From the human T2T-CHM13v2.0 reference genome, Homo sapiens: a stretch of DNA of 64,000 nt. A program made the position numbers and the translations under genes. Of this stretch, positions 13,359-27,129 are shown piece by piece. The stretch is from assembly GCF_009914755.1 (NCBI RefSeq), contig NC_060932.1. The stretch is one strand, 5' to 3'. Each line of letters opens with the position of its first letter. Within the stretch, counting starts at the first letter, position 1. The notes below the pieces were generated by a model. The model saw only the letters and a program-made list of their open reading frames with translations. It did not search any database and was not told the DNA's origin.

Positions 13359-16300
13359 AGTAACTAAATGGGCAAGGTTTTATTTCTCAATCTGCCATAA
13401 GGCTAAACACGAAAGGGATCAGAAACCCAGTGGACTTGTTTACTGAGGCTGCTTTCTATGCTAAAGTGCTTCAAAGTTGTTGTGGTATTATTATAGCATG
13501 CAAATGAATATTGATAACGGTCTAATTAGTTGGTCTGGTTTTTAGGTTTCCTTTAATGATGATCATAATAATTTCCTGCCACACACACTAAAAGGCTACC
13601 ATCTAGAGGTACTGTTCTAAACTTTTTATGTAAGATAACTTATTTCATTTTTGCATCACTTCAGCAACGTAATGTCACTATTCTCAACTTTAGATGAGAA
13701 GGCTAATGCTCAGGAAAGTATAAAAATTACTCCAGGAAGCACAGTAGCAGAACCTGGATGTGATGACAGATAGCAAGGCCACAGTTCTTTCCACTTTTAA
13801 AAGGCCTCTAACTTTAAAAGACTGAAATCCATGTCCCTATGTGGTCTAAAGACAGAAGAAACTTTAGTGACCTAAGGATGTAGTATACATAAAATGTAAG
13901 TTAAGAATAAGTAAAGCAATGTAAGAAGCAATTTGCAAAAATATATTCTGCAGAATGTTAGTAGATATTATCTGCAGTGGGGATCAACTTTGGAAGCCAA
14001 ATAAGTTAGGAATATTTGAGATTAAACAGTTATTTTGGTTAATACATATATTTTAACCTTTCAATTTGCTTTACTTCAGGACATTTTAGAATTTTTAATA
14101 TGTTAAATTATATGGTGACTACCCAAGAATTATATTTCACCATATAATTTAGTCACCAAGAATAGAGATAAAGTATATATGTTTTCCCAAATTATTTGAT
14201 GTGGACTTGTACTTTTCATGCGACAGATGCTGGGTAGAGAGAATGGATTCTGTGATGTTTTATACTAGACATCTTCCTCACAATTAAATACCATTCAAGT
14301 TAATATATTAATAAATTTGACATTTTAAAGTTCCTAAACTAAGTAGTGCTAGGTTAAGCATTCGAAATATTTATGTTTTCTTTTGTAGAAATTATGTCAG
14401 GGGAACACACTGTGAAAGATAACTGTAAATGTCAGAGATGGGCTCATCTGAGGATCTAGTTAGTGATCAAGGCCCCAAACTGCCCCCTATCATTTTTCAC
14501 ACTTAAAATTACTCAAAATTTTAGACTTGTCTTAACAAGATCAATTAAATCTCCTTTGAAAAATGGAGGAGGAAACCTGCCTCACTCAGTTACAGTTCAG
14601 AAGAAAATCCCTGTTTTTAAAACTCACATGACTATTTCCTTTTAGGTCCACACCTTATTACACCTTATTTATTTTTTTGGTAGATCAACTTCTACTGTCC
14701 CTTATTTTTATTTCAAATTAATAAAGTTCTGGAGTGAATTCTTTTTCAGTTCCTTCAGAATTCCCTTGAATGGGAATTTTTCAAAATCACAATAAAATAT
14801 TTTTAAGGCCTTTATTCTCTCTCTAAGACTTCAGTGACACTCTGAAGTTTCACATAATTTCTAGTCTGCATCTCATCAAATACTGGCAAAATTTATTCAA
14901 TTCAAATTAAGTAGATGTAGCACAGCGTAATCTTTCTCTATTAAATATGTCACTTTTTGCAATTGTTTCTTAATATCCCTCACAGCTTCCATCTAAGATT
15001 AGCACTTTCTTTGCTGCCAGAGTTTCACTAACCTACTGAATTATTCACTGAAGCATAACCTTCAGATATCAGGTTAGAAAGACCTTGATTATGGCAGGAA
15101 GTGAACTGTATAAACCATTTTTCTTTAAAAGAAAATTTCTCAGTATAGCAAAGTCTGAAATGAGATAAGCATTAAATGTGTATAAAAATTAAGTTCATAA
15201 TTGATAGGAATTTAGCCAACTGTGACATTCCTGCATTTTGTTTATTATAATGTATAATACCTTCCTAAGTATTACAAAGCAGCATAAAAACATGTGCATT
15301 GCTATAGCACTTATTTAACCTAAGAAGACAGCTGCCTGGCTGCATATTTAACAAACAAAATTGTTGAATGCTAAATTATACAATGTTTTACACAAGCTTC
15401 TGAATATTCAGATTTTTAACATAATTGTACTTTCTCTTTATTTTCTATTCACATTTGCTTCCTTTACTATAGCTTTGTTTCAGTGTCACATAGCACTGGA
15501 GTTCATGGTAAAGTCAGCAATTCACCATGGGCCTCCCTGCAGCAAATTCTATTAGTAGCATCCATTGCTTTATCTCAATTCAGTGTTGAAAGGTCATTAG
15601 AATACCAACTGAGGAGACAACACTCTTGAAACACCTTTGCTAGTGTTGAAATCAGAAAACTCACCACTCACAAATCAGTCCCTTCATGACCAACCCACTG
15701 GATACCCAATAGCTAAAGTGCAGCCCTAATACACAGCAGGATGTATGTCTTATTCTTCTACCAGATGAGAAGAGAATGCACAGAGACAAATACCATCCAT
15801 ACTGATCCACATTCATTCCATAAACTGTTGGCAGATATTTTTTTTAACATATATTTGACCTCAGACACCATTCAAATGACTTTCCACATACTCAAGTGGA
15901 AAATATATATTTTAAATATCAGTCCACTTACGAATGTTAGCCTTCTCCTACCTTACAATCAGTGTTGTAAAAGTCAACACAACTTAAAAATGTCAATAAT
16001 GAGAGATGATGCATTATTAAAGAGTGTTCTTTGATCAGATTTTCTACATAGATTTGCTGTTCAGATGAAGGCAATAAACTGAGAAATATTTTTCACCATG
16101 AGTCACTGTAAGTGATATAGCTAATATTAATAATTTTCTTTAAATATTGCCCACCCTACCCCCAGCAAAAGTACAAATTGTATTCTCTTCTAAAATTTTC
16201 ATCTGGTTGAATAATTATTTGAAAGGCTTTTTATAAGCACTTAGGGAAGTGCCAAATAAGCATGTGAAATGACAAGGTGCTCAGAACAAACAGGGCACTG

Positions 16301-16437
16301 GGGAGGAAGACCCAGAAAATGTGCTAGTAAAGAGAAAACTGAAAAAATGCCTTTTCCTTAAGAAACAAAGAAAAATCTTATTAGAATAAACATCGCAACA
16401 ATTTGTTCAGGTGAAAAATTCAATGATCGTATGCTCA

Positions 16438-16860
<423 letters not shown>

Positions 16861-17986
16861 TTATTCCATGAATTTTTATCATACAAGTACTTGGATTGTT
16901 GAGACCATGTCACCAAAAAAGTAGAAGAAAAAATGTCCCCCTTTTATTACATGTTTGTCATATCTTGCCAATTTGGTCTACTTTAATTTTCTTGTATTTA
17001 GCACTGCCATCTTTCCTGGGTGGAGTATAAATTTAGACGATAATAGTATCAAAATACCAATGCAACTAAAGACATCATATAAACTAGAAAGGCACAATTT
17101 GATCATGTGGTAATGAAGAGTGGGGTGATATATCTCATTTTCTAAGAAAATTCCCAACAATTCCTTTTTCATTTATTCAAAAAATGTGGGATAGATTTTA
17201 ATCACAAAGATTTTTCCTAGTGACAATTCTCAGTGGAGGGAGTCCATATAAAATTTTTCTCTCATGTACAATTATTAGCCTCTAAATAAGTGCCAGAAAT
17301 GAATAGGACAACGTTTAGCTCTCAGGAAACTCACAGCCTTGTAGTGGAGTTCTCAGTCTCGCCACAGAGGATGTGCTCCAGCTGGCACAGGAATGACAAA
17401 TAGGAATGAGTCCTCCCCTTCTTATTTTCAGGTCAGATATTGTCATGGGTCCTTTTTCTTCCTGATCTCAGATGTGACTTCAGAATCTTTCTCAACAAAG
17501 TGTAGTTTGGCATTTGTGTTGAAACTACTACATCCCTGATTTAGTGGACAGTTCTAGGCTATGGTTTTTTGGTTTTTTTGTTTGTTTGTTTTTACTGTGG
17601 CTGGGTTACGCTTTGAGGATTTACATGAATGGGAACAAAGAGTGCAAGTGTTGGGCACAACAGGGAAATGCCTAAGCAGATTGTCTTGAAGAAAAAGATT
17701 AATCATACTAATTTATCTGAAAGTCAGGAAATAAGGTGAATCAGAATTCAAGAGATGATCTGGGATTAGTTTTCCCAGAGGTCTTCTACACATTAAAATA
17801 GACCATGACTTGTTTGATATTTCTGAGGGTAGCTATAATAAGCTCCAGAATCATTCTGTGCACTGTAACTGCCATCAAATTGCATTGCAATTTTTTAGTA
17901 TAATGCCTGCTTCCACATTAGACTATGCATTGTCTGCGGGAATAGAACATGTCTGTCTTCCTGACTACTCCAAATCTAGTATATCA

Positions 17987-18284
<298 letters not shown>

Positions 18285-18298
<14 letters not shown>

Positions 18299-18528
18299 GA
18301 AGGAAGAAAAAGCAAAGCAAGAAAGGAAGGAAGGAGGGAAGGGAGAGAGGGAGGGAGGAAGGGAAGGAAGGAGAAAGAAAGAGGAAAGAGAAAGAAAGAA
18401 AGAGAGAGAGAGAAAGAAAAAGAAAGAAAGAAAGAGAAAGAAAGGAAAAGAAAAAGGAAAGAAAGAAGGAAGGAAAGAGAAAGGAAGGAAGAGAGAAAGA
18501 AAAGAAAGAGAAAGAAAGAAAGAAAGAG
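18285..18528. repeat. ~240-nt polypurine tract (GAAA/GGAA/GA) grown from the Alu tail
   Basis: Almost pure A/G on the + strand (only two C). Explains the K/E/R-rich and F/S/L-rich ORFs here. Confidence 0.95.
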
Positions 18529-19891
18529 TACAGGCAAAATTTAGTAAAAGGCCAAATATATATGTGAGATAAGAGAGTGGATGTACTATATTTCTCAGGA
18601 TAAGCCTGGGTATTACCTTGCCTTTTCAAATATCCCACATCTAATAATACACACTCGGCTGTACTTAAAATCATCCAATGTTTCACTTTACTTCATGCTA
18701 GAAAAACAAAAAGGAATAGAGATTGCCAAGGGTAGATGTCTAACTGGAAAATAAAAAAGGATATGATAGAGCTCATGGAGAGTTAATAATTAAGTAAATT
18801 AGATATGTATTTCTTCAAGTTTGGGATGGGAGAAGCTTTGAAGAAGCAGCAATGAATACCACGATTGTAAATTTCTTGTGGGCCTGAGCACTGCTGAAGT
18901 ACTGGAGCTAAGGCTTCACCTAAGATAGAGATTCATTGTTTCTTTGTACTCTTTCACCTTCTGCCTCTCTTAAATTCCTCCTCAAACTTATAATAGCAAC
19001 ATTATTTCTCACAACAGTCCAATGGTAGTGGCACTCATTCTGTGGCACTAAGATAGCTCATGATGAATTAAACAATGCATGTCCAGCCTATTAGCTGACT
19101 TTTGCTAACTATATCTACAAGAGTTACTAGTGATGTGTAGGACATTACCAACACAAATTGAGTGAATAATTTTTCTCCTCTTCAGACAATTGCTTCTTAT
19201 TAACATCCTTCCGGAGGTTGCTAATTAAGACTGTTACAGGCATTTTATTTCACATTTTTCTCTAATTTCTCTGAATATAGTGTTTTCTGTGCTGTAGAAA
19301 GAAGCTGTGGCTGACATTCTGGAATTCATTACGAGTTTTTCAACAGCTGAACATCATTATTTCATTGAGATATCTTCTGCCCCTGTCCTTGATGTCTATA
19401 AAAACTATACCTATGTTACCTGGTGAGCAATGGGTGCAGTTTGCCTGTGAGTATAGGCCACAAAGATGTCAACTGGAACTTCTGCTACTGGTCATTTCAA
19501 AGCACTTGCTTCGAAACACACACAGAAAATTTAAGTGATGTCCCCAAGCCATATAACAAACTAGGTCAGATCACTCTTAGTACATTACTCATTTCTGTGG
19601 CCCTCTTATTACTTCTTTGACTAACTAAGTGACTATTTTGCTAGTGGGCTATTCATAGAAACCCAGTGAAGATTTGTGGGAGGGTGATATGGTTAGGCTT
19701 TGTGTCCCTACCCAAATCTCATCTTCAATTGTAATCCCCAGGTGGTGAGAGAGCAACCCAGTGGGAAGTGACCGAATCATAGGGGTGGTTTTCTCCATGC
19801 TGTTTTCACGATAGTGAGTGAGTTCTCCCAAGATCCGATGGTTTTATAAGCTCCTGGCATTTCCCCTGCTTGCACTTCTCTCTCCTGCCAC

Positions 19892-21541
19892 TGTGTCCGG
19901 AATTCGTGGGTTCTTGGTCTCACTGACTTCAAGAATAAAGCCGTGGACCCTCGCGGTGAGTGTTACAGCTCTTAAGGTGGCGCGTCTGGAGTTTGTTCCT
20001 TCTGATGTTCGGATGTGTTTGGAGTTTCTTCCTTCTGGTGGGTTCGTGGTCTCGCTGGCTCAGGAGTGAAGCTGCAGATCTTCGAGGTAAGTGTTACAGC
20101 TCATAAAAGCAGTGTGGACCCAAAGAGTGAGCAGTAGCAAGATTTATTGCAAAGAGCGAAAGAGCAAAGCTTCCCCAGTGTGGAAGGGGACCCGAGCAGG
20201 TTGCCACTGCTGGCTCGGGCAGCCTGCTTTTATTCTCTTATCTGGCCCCACCCACGTCCTGCTGACTGGTAGAGCCGAGTGGTCTGTTTTGACAGGGTGC
20301 TGATTGGTGCCTTTACAATCCCTGAGCTAGACATAAAGGTTCTCCACATCCCCATCAGATTAGTTAGATACAGAGTATGGACACAAAGGTTCTCCAAGGC
20401 CCCACCAGAGCAGCTAGATACAGAATGTCGACTGGTGCATTCACAAACCCTGAGCTAGACACAGGGTGCTGATTGGTGTGTTTACACACCTTGAGCTAGA
20501 TACAGAGTGCCAACTGGTGTATTTACAATCCCTGAGCTAGACACAAAGGTTCTCCAAGGCCCCACCAGATTAGCTAGATACAGAGTGTCCACTGGTGCAC
20601 TCACAAACCCTGAGCTAGACACAGGGTGCTGATTGGTGTGTTTACAAACCTTGAGCTAGATACAGAGTGCCGATTGGAGCATTTACAATCCCTGAGCTAG
20701 ACATAAAGGTTCTCCAAGGCCCCACCAGAGTAGCTAGATACAGAGTGTCGATTGGTGCATTCACAAACCCTGAGCTAGACGCAGGGTGCTGATTGGTGTG
20801 TTTACAAACCTTGAGCTAGATACAGAGGGCTGATTGGTGTATTTACAATCCCAGGGCTAGACATAAAGGTTCTCCACGTCCCCACCAGACTCAAGAGCCC
20901 AGCTGGCTTCACCCAGTGGATCCCGCACCACCGGGGCCGCAGGTGGAGCTGCCTGCCAGTCCCACGCCCTGCACCCGCAGTCCTCAGCCCTTGGGTGGTC
21001 GATGGGACTGGGCGCCGTGGAGCAGGGAGCGGCGTCATCGGGTAGGCTTGGGCCGCAGGGTAGCCCATAGAGGGCGTGGGAGGCCCAGGCATGGCGGGCT
21101 GCAGGTCCCGAGCCCTGCCCCGCGGGAAGGCAGCTAAGGCCCGGTAAGAAATCGAGCACAGCGCCGGTGGGCTGGCACTGCTGGGGGACCCAGTACACCC
21201 TCCGCAGCCGCTGGCCTGGGTGCTAAGCCCCTCATTGCCCAGGGCCGGCAGGGCCGGCCGGCTGCTCCGAGTGCGGGGCCCGCCAAGTCCATGCCCACCT
21301 GGAACTCCAGCTGGCCCGCAAGCGCCGCGCGCAGCCCCGGTTCCCTCTCGCGCCTCTCCCTCCACACCTCCCTGCAAGTTGAGGGAGCCGGCTCTGGCCT
21401 TGGCCAGCCCAGAAAGGGACTCCCACAGTGCAGCGGTGGGCTGAAGGGTTCCTCAAGTGCCGCCAAAGTGGGAGCCCAAGCAGAGACGGCGCCGAGAGCG
21501 AGCGAGGGCTGTGAGGACTGCCAGCACGCTGTCACCTCTCA
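19892..21541 (-). mobile_element. Full-length LTR12C-type (ERV9) solo LTR, 1650 bp
   Basis: Minus strand starts TGAGAGGTGACAGCGTGCTGGCAGTCC and ends ...ATTCCGGACACA; 4-bp TSD CCAC at 19888-19891 and 21542-21545. Confidence 0.96.
20215..20890 (-). promoter_or_regulatory. LTR12 U3 enhancer repeats and promoter (NF-Y CCAAT boxes, TATA-like AATAAAAG)
   Basis: GATTGG (CCAATC on minus) at 20302, 20471, 20631, 20672, 20750, 20791, 20832; ~40-bp subrepeats in a 160-bp higher-order unit; CTTTTATT at ~20227-20234. Activity is inferred from the family, not shown. Confidence 0.7.
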
Positions 21542-22089
21542 CCACCATGTGAAGAAGGTACCTTGCTTCCCCTTTGCCTTCCGCCATGATTGTATGTTTT
21601 CCGAGGACTCCCAGCCATGTGGAACTGTGAGTCAATTAAACCTCTTTCCTTTATAAATTACTCATTCTTGGGTATTTATAGCAGTGAGAAAATGGACACA
21701 GGGTAAAAATTTATTTCAAATTTATAGTTGTATTCTCAGTACTATGCCTGTGCCAAGCCATTTGATGAGGATTATCTGTGTTTGGTGACTGGTGCATAAT
21801 TAGGTTAAGACTGCAGATATACAGAGTAATCAACCACCTAAGCAGTGTGGTTTATGGATTTTCCAAAAGTATTCTCTTACTGATTTCGTCTCTCCCAACA
21901 GCTTACCATCATACCTCAAATTTTCACTAGAATCATTCCTTATAGGTCCCCTCAAGACAAAGTTTTTGGCTGCTTAGAGCAATCTGCTTTGAGGGGGAGT
22001 GAGAGATTGAATAATTAAGACTGAATTGCCAGATGCTGGATGATCTCAGAAGTGTATTCTCAGACCACTCCTCTTATCTGTTTAAGCTC

Positions 22090-22940
22090 TCTAAGTAACC
22101 TTACTCAATTCAATGCCATTAAATAACATTTTTATAAATAGATTTCCAAATTTTATTGTTACTATAACTTTTACACTGTGATCGGGTATTTTTTTTCTAA
22201 TTTCCTATTAAATGATGCCACTTGGATGTCCAATCAACATCACAAACCCCATCGAAAAGCAATTCTTCTCCCAGCCTTCTCCATTTTAGCAAAAAGTACA
22301 CCACACACTCAATGGTGCAGGCCTGAATAAAGGAGTTATTTTTGGTTTCTTTGTTCACCTTGCACATCTAATTTATTAGTGAATCTGGTCAGTTCTGCAT
22401 TAAAAATATATCCATTCTCTGCACCATGCCCAGAATGAGCTTATGAAAATGTAAATGGGATTAAGACATTTTCCTATTTAAATTTCTCTAATATTTCCTC
22501 ATAGAATTTAGAATAAAATTGCAAATCCTTATCATGGACTCAAGATGCTGCATATTGCTCTCTGGACTCATCTAGTACCAGTCTTCCCAGGTTCACCATG
22601 CTTTGATGTTCAATCACCTTGGACTTCTTTCTATTCCTTAAAGCAGTAAAATATTTATAATCAAAGACCTCTCTCTGTAAAACTTAGGGTAGCTCCTTTG
22701 TTTCATTCCTGTCCTAACTCCAAGGCAAGGAAGCCTTTCTTAACTAAATAGTCTCCTCAGTCACCCCTCTCATGTAATAATGGCATTGCTGTTACAGCAC
22801 TTACCAACTCTGAATTACCTAACTTATTTATTTGTTTACTTCTTTTTCTCTGACCCCTTCCTGGGGGATCTTATCTGGCTTGTTCATCATTCCCAGTGCA
22901 TATCTGAAACAATTATTAAAATACTGTAGCCACTCCATAC
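22090..22940 (+). mobile_element. L2 LINE fragments
   Basis: CCACTTGGATGTCCAATCAACATCACAAAC and AGAATAAAATTGCAAATCCTTATCATGG are degenerate L2 3' region motifs. Confidence 0.55.
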
Positions 22941-23074
22941 ATATTATTAGAAGAAATGTAGAAGGGATAGCAGCAAAATCCTGGTCTCCTAATGTATAGC
23001 CTGTGTTTTCTTTCCACTTAATTGGTACATTTGTAGTAAGTACCATTGTATACATTAGTGTAAAATATATCTTA

Positions 23075-23410
23075 ATGTATAAAATAGATTATGCTATAGG
23101 AACAAATTAACCTCAGAATCTCAGTAGGTTAATACATAACTTTTGGTAATTATTCATGGGAAGTCTGGTGTCAGTTGATGAAGCTGTTATTCCACCTGGT
23201 GACTCAGGGATCCAGATTCCCTACATGATATAATGTTGCCTTCTCCCCAGGGAGGTAGCACACCAGCTGTTAAGCATTTAGCCTAGACGTGAAACAAGTA
23301 ATTTCTGGTAAATTAGTATTGACTGGAACTAGTCTCACAGCCTAATGTAATCACAAGGGAGGATGGATTATTTAGGAGAACACCTGGTATATTTGGTAAG
23401 CAGTGCTACA
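23075..23410 (-). mobile_element. Old MaLR LTR (MLT1K/L-like)
   Basis: GATTATGCTATAGGAACAAATTAACCTCAGAATCTCAGT, GTGACTCAGGGATCCAG, TTGACTGGAACTAGTCTCACAGCC. Confidence 0.5.
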
Positions 23411-24824
23411 TCTAACCTACATTAATGGTATGGAATAGAAATAAGATGGGGAAGGGAATAGGAGAAAAGAGGTTGGGAGATTAAAACAATTTTTAAAAAT
23501 AGCAAAGAGAAAGGGGGAAAAACTAAACTGAAATATACTGACATTGCTCTCTGGGCTATATGCACTGCTAATGGAAGCTAATGGAGGGCTAGTTATAATC
23601 TCCACATTGGTGAATATATACACGTGTATAAATGTATATGTGTGTGTATGTGTGTGTGTGTATGTATATAGGCTCCCATTTGGTTTGCAGCTGTAGCTAA
23701 CATTACTTCCAGCTCCTAGTACTGTTGGAAAGTTTGTCTCTTAAAGCTTAAAGTCATGTTCTTCTTGATCCCATTGCTCTAAAGTATCTTCCCATTCTCA
23801 GATGACTCCACCTCAGGCTTGCCTTTATGTTCCACTTCACAGCTAATCATCTTAGATTAATACCAGGGGCACTTTTGCCTAATGGAGTTTCAGCAAGAAA
23901 GAGAGAGAGAGCCGGGAAGAAAGCCCCTGCTAAGTGAATATGTCTACTCATTTTCTCCTGTGTTTTACATGCTCTCTGGTATAAAAGAAATCACGGAAGT
24001 CAATGGATTAAATATAAATGTGAAGTAAGGAAATATGTGATAAAAGAGAGACGGATAAAAATGTACTTGAGCCCAATGGGCGGACCATGTGGTGAGCTGA
24101 TATAATACTTTAATTCTGGCATCCCTGTGGCTAGCCCAGGTTGACAACATTTCAAAGATGACAATTATTTGGAATAAATCCAAGATTATACTTTAAATAA
24201 AAATGTTCATAAATCATAGCTCTTCCACTATGAATAGGACAACCACATAAGCAATTACTTATAGAAGCAGTATTATCTTGCAATTCAAGCTGTTTCTTAA
24301 GTTGATTTTACTAAAAGCTTATTTTTTCCACCAAAGTGAAAAATGAAAACATTCAACTTATCTTGCTTTGTCCTGTATATGAAGTCCAAATAAATTAATC
24401 ATTTATTCTCTCCAAAAGTGATATGAATAAAAATATGAATTCAAAATCAAAGAGAAAAAGCCATTATGCCTAGAGTGAAGAGAGCTGGGGCAACTGCTGC
24501 AAAATGAGGCTGTCAGGGTGGGAAAGAGTCAGGATCCACTTCACCCAATGAGAACATTGAGCACCATAAGGGACTCTGGACTCAAAATAAAGCAGCACCT
24601 CTTTTCTGCCCATTGGGCAGCATGTATAGTGCTTAGAATCAGCATCCCCAACATCCAGTATTGGATGTGTTAGTACCAGCTTTGTGTCCTTGGGTGAGTT
24701 TTTTTACTCACATGTGTCAGTTACATCCTTTGTGCAATGAAGATTTAAACCTCTTGGAATGGATTTAAATAAGATAATGCATGTAGAGCTCATAGCACAG
24801 TCCTGGTCACATCTTAAATGCTGC

Positions 24825-25153
24825 TGATATGGTTTGGCTGTGTCCCGACCCAAATCTCATCTTAAATTATATCTCCCACAATTTCCAGGTGTTGTAGAAG
24901 AACATAGTGGGAGGTAATTGAATCATGGGGGTGGGTCTTTCCCGTGGTGTCCTGGTGATAGTGAATAAGTCTCATGATATCTGATGGTTTTAAAAGTGGG
25001 AGTTTCCCTGCACAAGCTCTCTCTCTTTGCCTGCTGCCATCCACATAAGATGTGACTTGCTTCTCCTTGCCTTCCACCATGATTGTGAGGCTTCCCCAGC
25101 CATGTGGAACTGTAAGTCCAGTAAATCTCTTTCTTTTGTAAATTGCCCAGTCT
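24825..25153 (+). mobile_element. THE1A/B-like LTR lacking its last ~40 bp (5' part of a chimeric LTR)
   Basis: TGATATGGTTTGGCTGTGTCCC start ... GGAACTGTAAGTCCAGTAAATCTCTTTCTTTTGTAAATTGCCCAGTCT; sits at the end of a MIR-like fragment (~24620-24820). Confidence 0.93.
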
Positions 25154-25361
25154 CCCAGTCTACATCTTTATCCTGAGGGCTTCCTGCCCTTGAACTTCAG
25201 ACTCCAAGTTCTTCAGTTTTGTGACTCAGACTGGCTTCCTTGCTCCTCAGCTTGCAGATGGCCTATGATGGGTGTGAGTTAATACTACTTAATAAATTCC
25301 CCTTTATATATATACATCTATCCTATTAGTTCTGTCCCTCTAGAGAACCCTGGCTAATACA
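25154..25361 (+). mobile_element. MLT2A (HERV-L LTR) 3' half (3' part of a chimeric LTR)
   Basis: CCCAGTCTACATCTTT...ACTCCAAGTTCTTCAGTTTTG...CCTCAGCTTGCAGATGGCCTAT...TCCTATTAGTTCTGTCCCTCTAGAGAACCCTGGCTAATACA. Confidence 0.9.
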
Positions 25362-25406
25362 GCTGCTCTGAAGCTTTGATGTTGGCAGGAGTAGTATCAA
25401 GAATGA

Positions 25407-25416
25407 TATACTATAT

Positions 25417-25447
<31 letters not shown>

Positions 25448-25508
25448 AAACACACACAGACACACACATATATATATACACACACATACATACATACATA
25501 TATATATT
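25407..25508. repeat. (TA)/(CA)/(TACA) compound microsatellite
   Basis: Directly visible. Confidence 0.9.
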
Positions 25509-27129
25509 TAACTCAGACAATTTATAAATGCTATTTTACTTTATAATATATTTTAATATCATTGCTGTTTTCCTATCACAAATTTCTATAAAAGCCAGGC
25601 AACATATAAAAACCATACTCCTTCAATTTCTTAGTGTGGACAAAATATTTTTCAGTATTTCTGTGTTTAGTTCAGTTCGGTGATATTCCAGTTGCTTTTT
25701 AAACTCTAGGAGAAAAAAATGTATCAGGGTAGATTATGGTACCCATTTGACATGGGAAATGGCTGTCACCCACATGCCAATGTGAAAGGTGTTTCTTGAT
25801 ACAAAAGGAAGCTGTAAATTCAATTTCAGTAAATGTTACTTTACCAAATACTGAATAAAATTCAGAGAGATGCAGAGAAAAAAATTACAGAAGACAAATT
25901 CATATTAGTTCCAAATTAGATTTCTTTAACACATTGAAAAATACTAAAATGTCACAGGAATGGATTCAGTCTGCAGACTACTTTGGACAAAATTGCCTTT
26001 TAAAATGGAAAGTCAAGATGGTGATGCTTAGTATCATGCCAGTGAAAATCCTAGTAGAAAAATCTTGGTAAGGGGACTGATTGAAACTTAAAAAAATTAT
26101 TTTAGTATTATTGGGAAGCATTTATATTATAGCAGTGGCTTTAAATTTTTTTGGATTGTGACCTATAGTATGAGGCATATTTAGAATTGTGATCCAGTTT
26201 ATACAAACATATAATACACATATACAAACAAAAGAAAATGAATTTTCATAAATAATATTTACCTGGAATGCATCCAATAAAGTCTACTATTTTTATTTTA
26301 TTATCTTTAAAATATTTGTTAAATTTTAAGAAATTGATTCCCAGAACCTTAAAAGGGTTATGGCCTACCTACATTTAAATTATGCTGTTTTACAAAATAG
26401 TTAATTACGTTGTTAAAAATAAGAGTTAAAAGGAATTTTTACCTTATTATATATTCATATATATTAGAAAGCTACAGGCATATGGTTGCAACAATAGGAA
26501 GTCCTAAGTTATACCTATATTTACATAAACAATTTCATATACAATAGAAACGCTATTTTAGTCAGCAATATGATCATATATTATACAAAATGTATCTTAG
26601 TGTAGGCCTTTGTTATTTTGGGGAAATGATATTTAGATTGTTTACTTCACAACTTACATCTAAACAAACTGCAGAAGTATTAAAAATATAGGTGCCAAAA
26701 ATGAAATGATCTAAGTACTAGAAGATTATGAAGATTATTTGTGTAATTTTGGGTTGCGGAAGGTCAAGAATGATGACAAAGTCAGAAATCATTTAAAAAT
26801 GATAGAATCAACAGCCCATAGTGTGAAAATGTTTATATGTTAAAATCATTACAAACACAATTAAAATCCAAATGATAACCTGAGAATAATTTTTAAAATA
26901 TATAATACACAAAGTATTTCTAATGTGGAGATGTCTTCCTTGATAATTAAAATAAATGCCACTAAAATATAAATAGTATGTACAAAGCATAAACCTAAAT
27001 AATTAGTAAGAAAATTTAAAAAATCAAGTTGATTATTTTAAAAAGTTCAAGTTAAAACAATGATAAACTTTTGTACTTATGAAATTGAAAAATTTGTATT
27101 TTTAAGGTTATAAAACCCACTGTTATTTA

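Larger units (their letters stand above)
19685..21700 (+). mobile_element. THE1D/MST-type MaLR solo LTR, split by LTR12C (pieces 19685-19891 and 21542-21700)
   Basis: TGATATGGTTAGGCTTTGTGTCCC start. Removing the insert restores CTCTCCTGCCAC/CATGTGAAGAAGG. 3' part has GGAACTGTGAGTCAATTAAACCTCTTTCC. Confidence 0.9.

Noticed and set aside
20290-20890. Regularly spaced ~40-bp repeats resembling a CRISPR array
   Set aside because: No unique spacers; these are the known LTR12 enhancer repeats in eukaryotic DNA.
20802-21656. Cluster of overlapping 70-190 aa ORFs
   Set aside because: Result of stop-codon scarcity in the GC-rich LTR12C.
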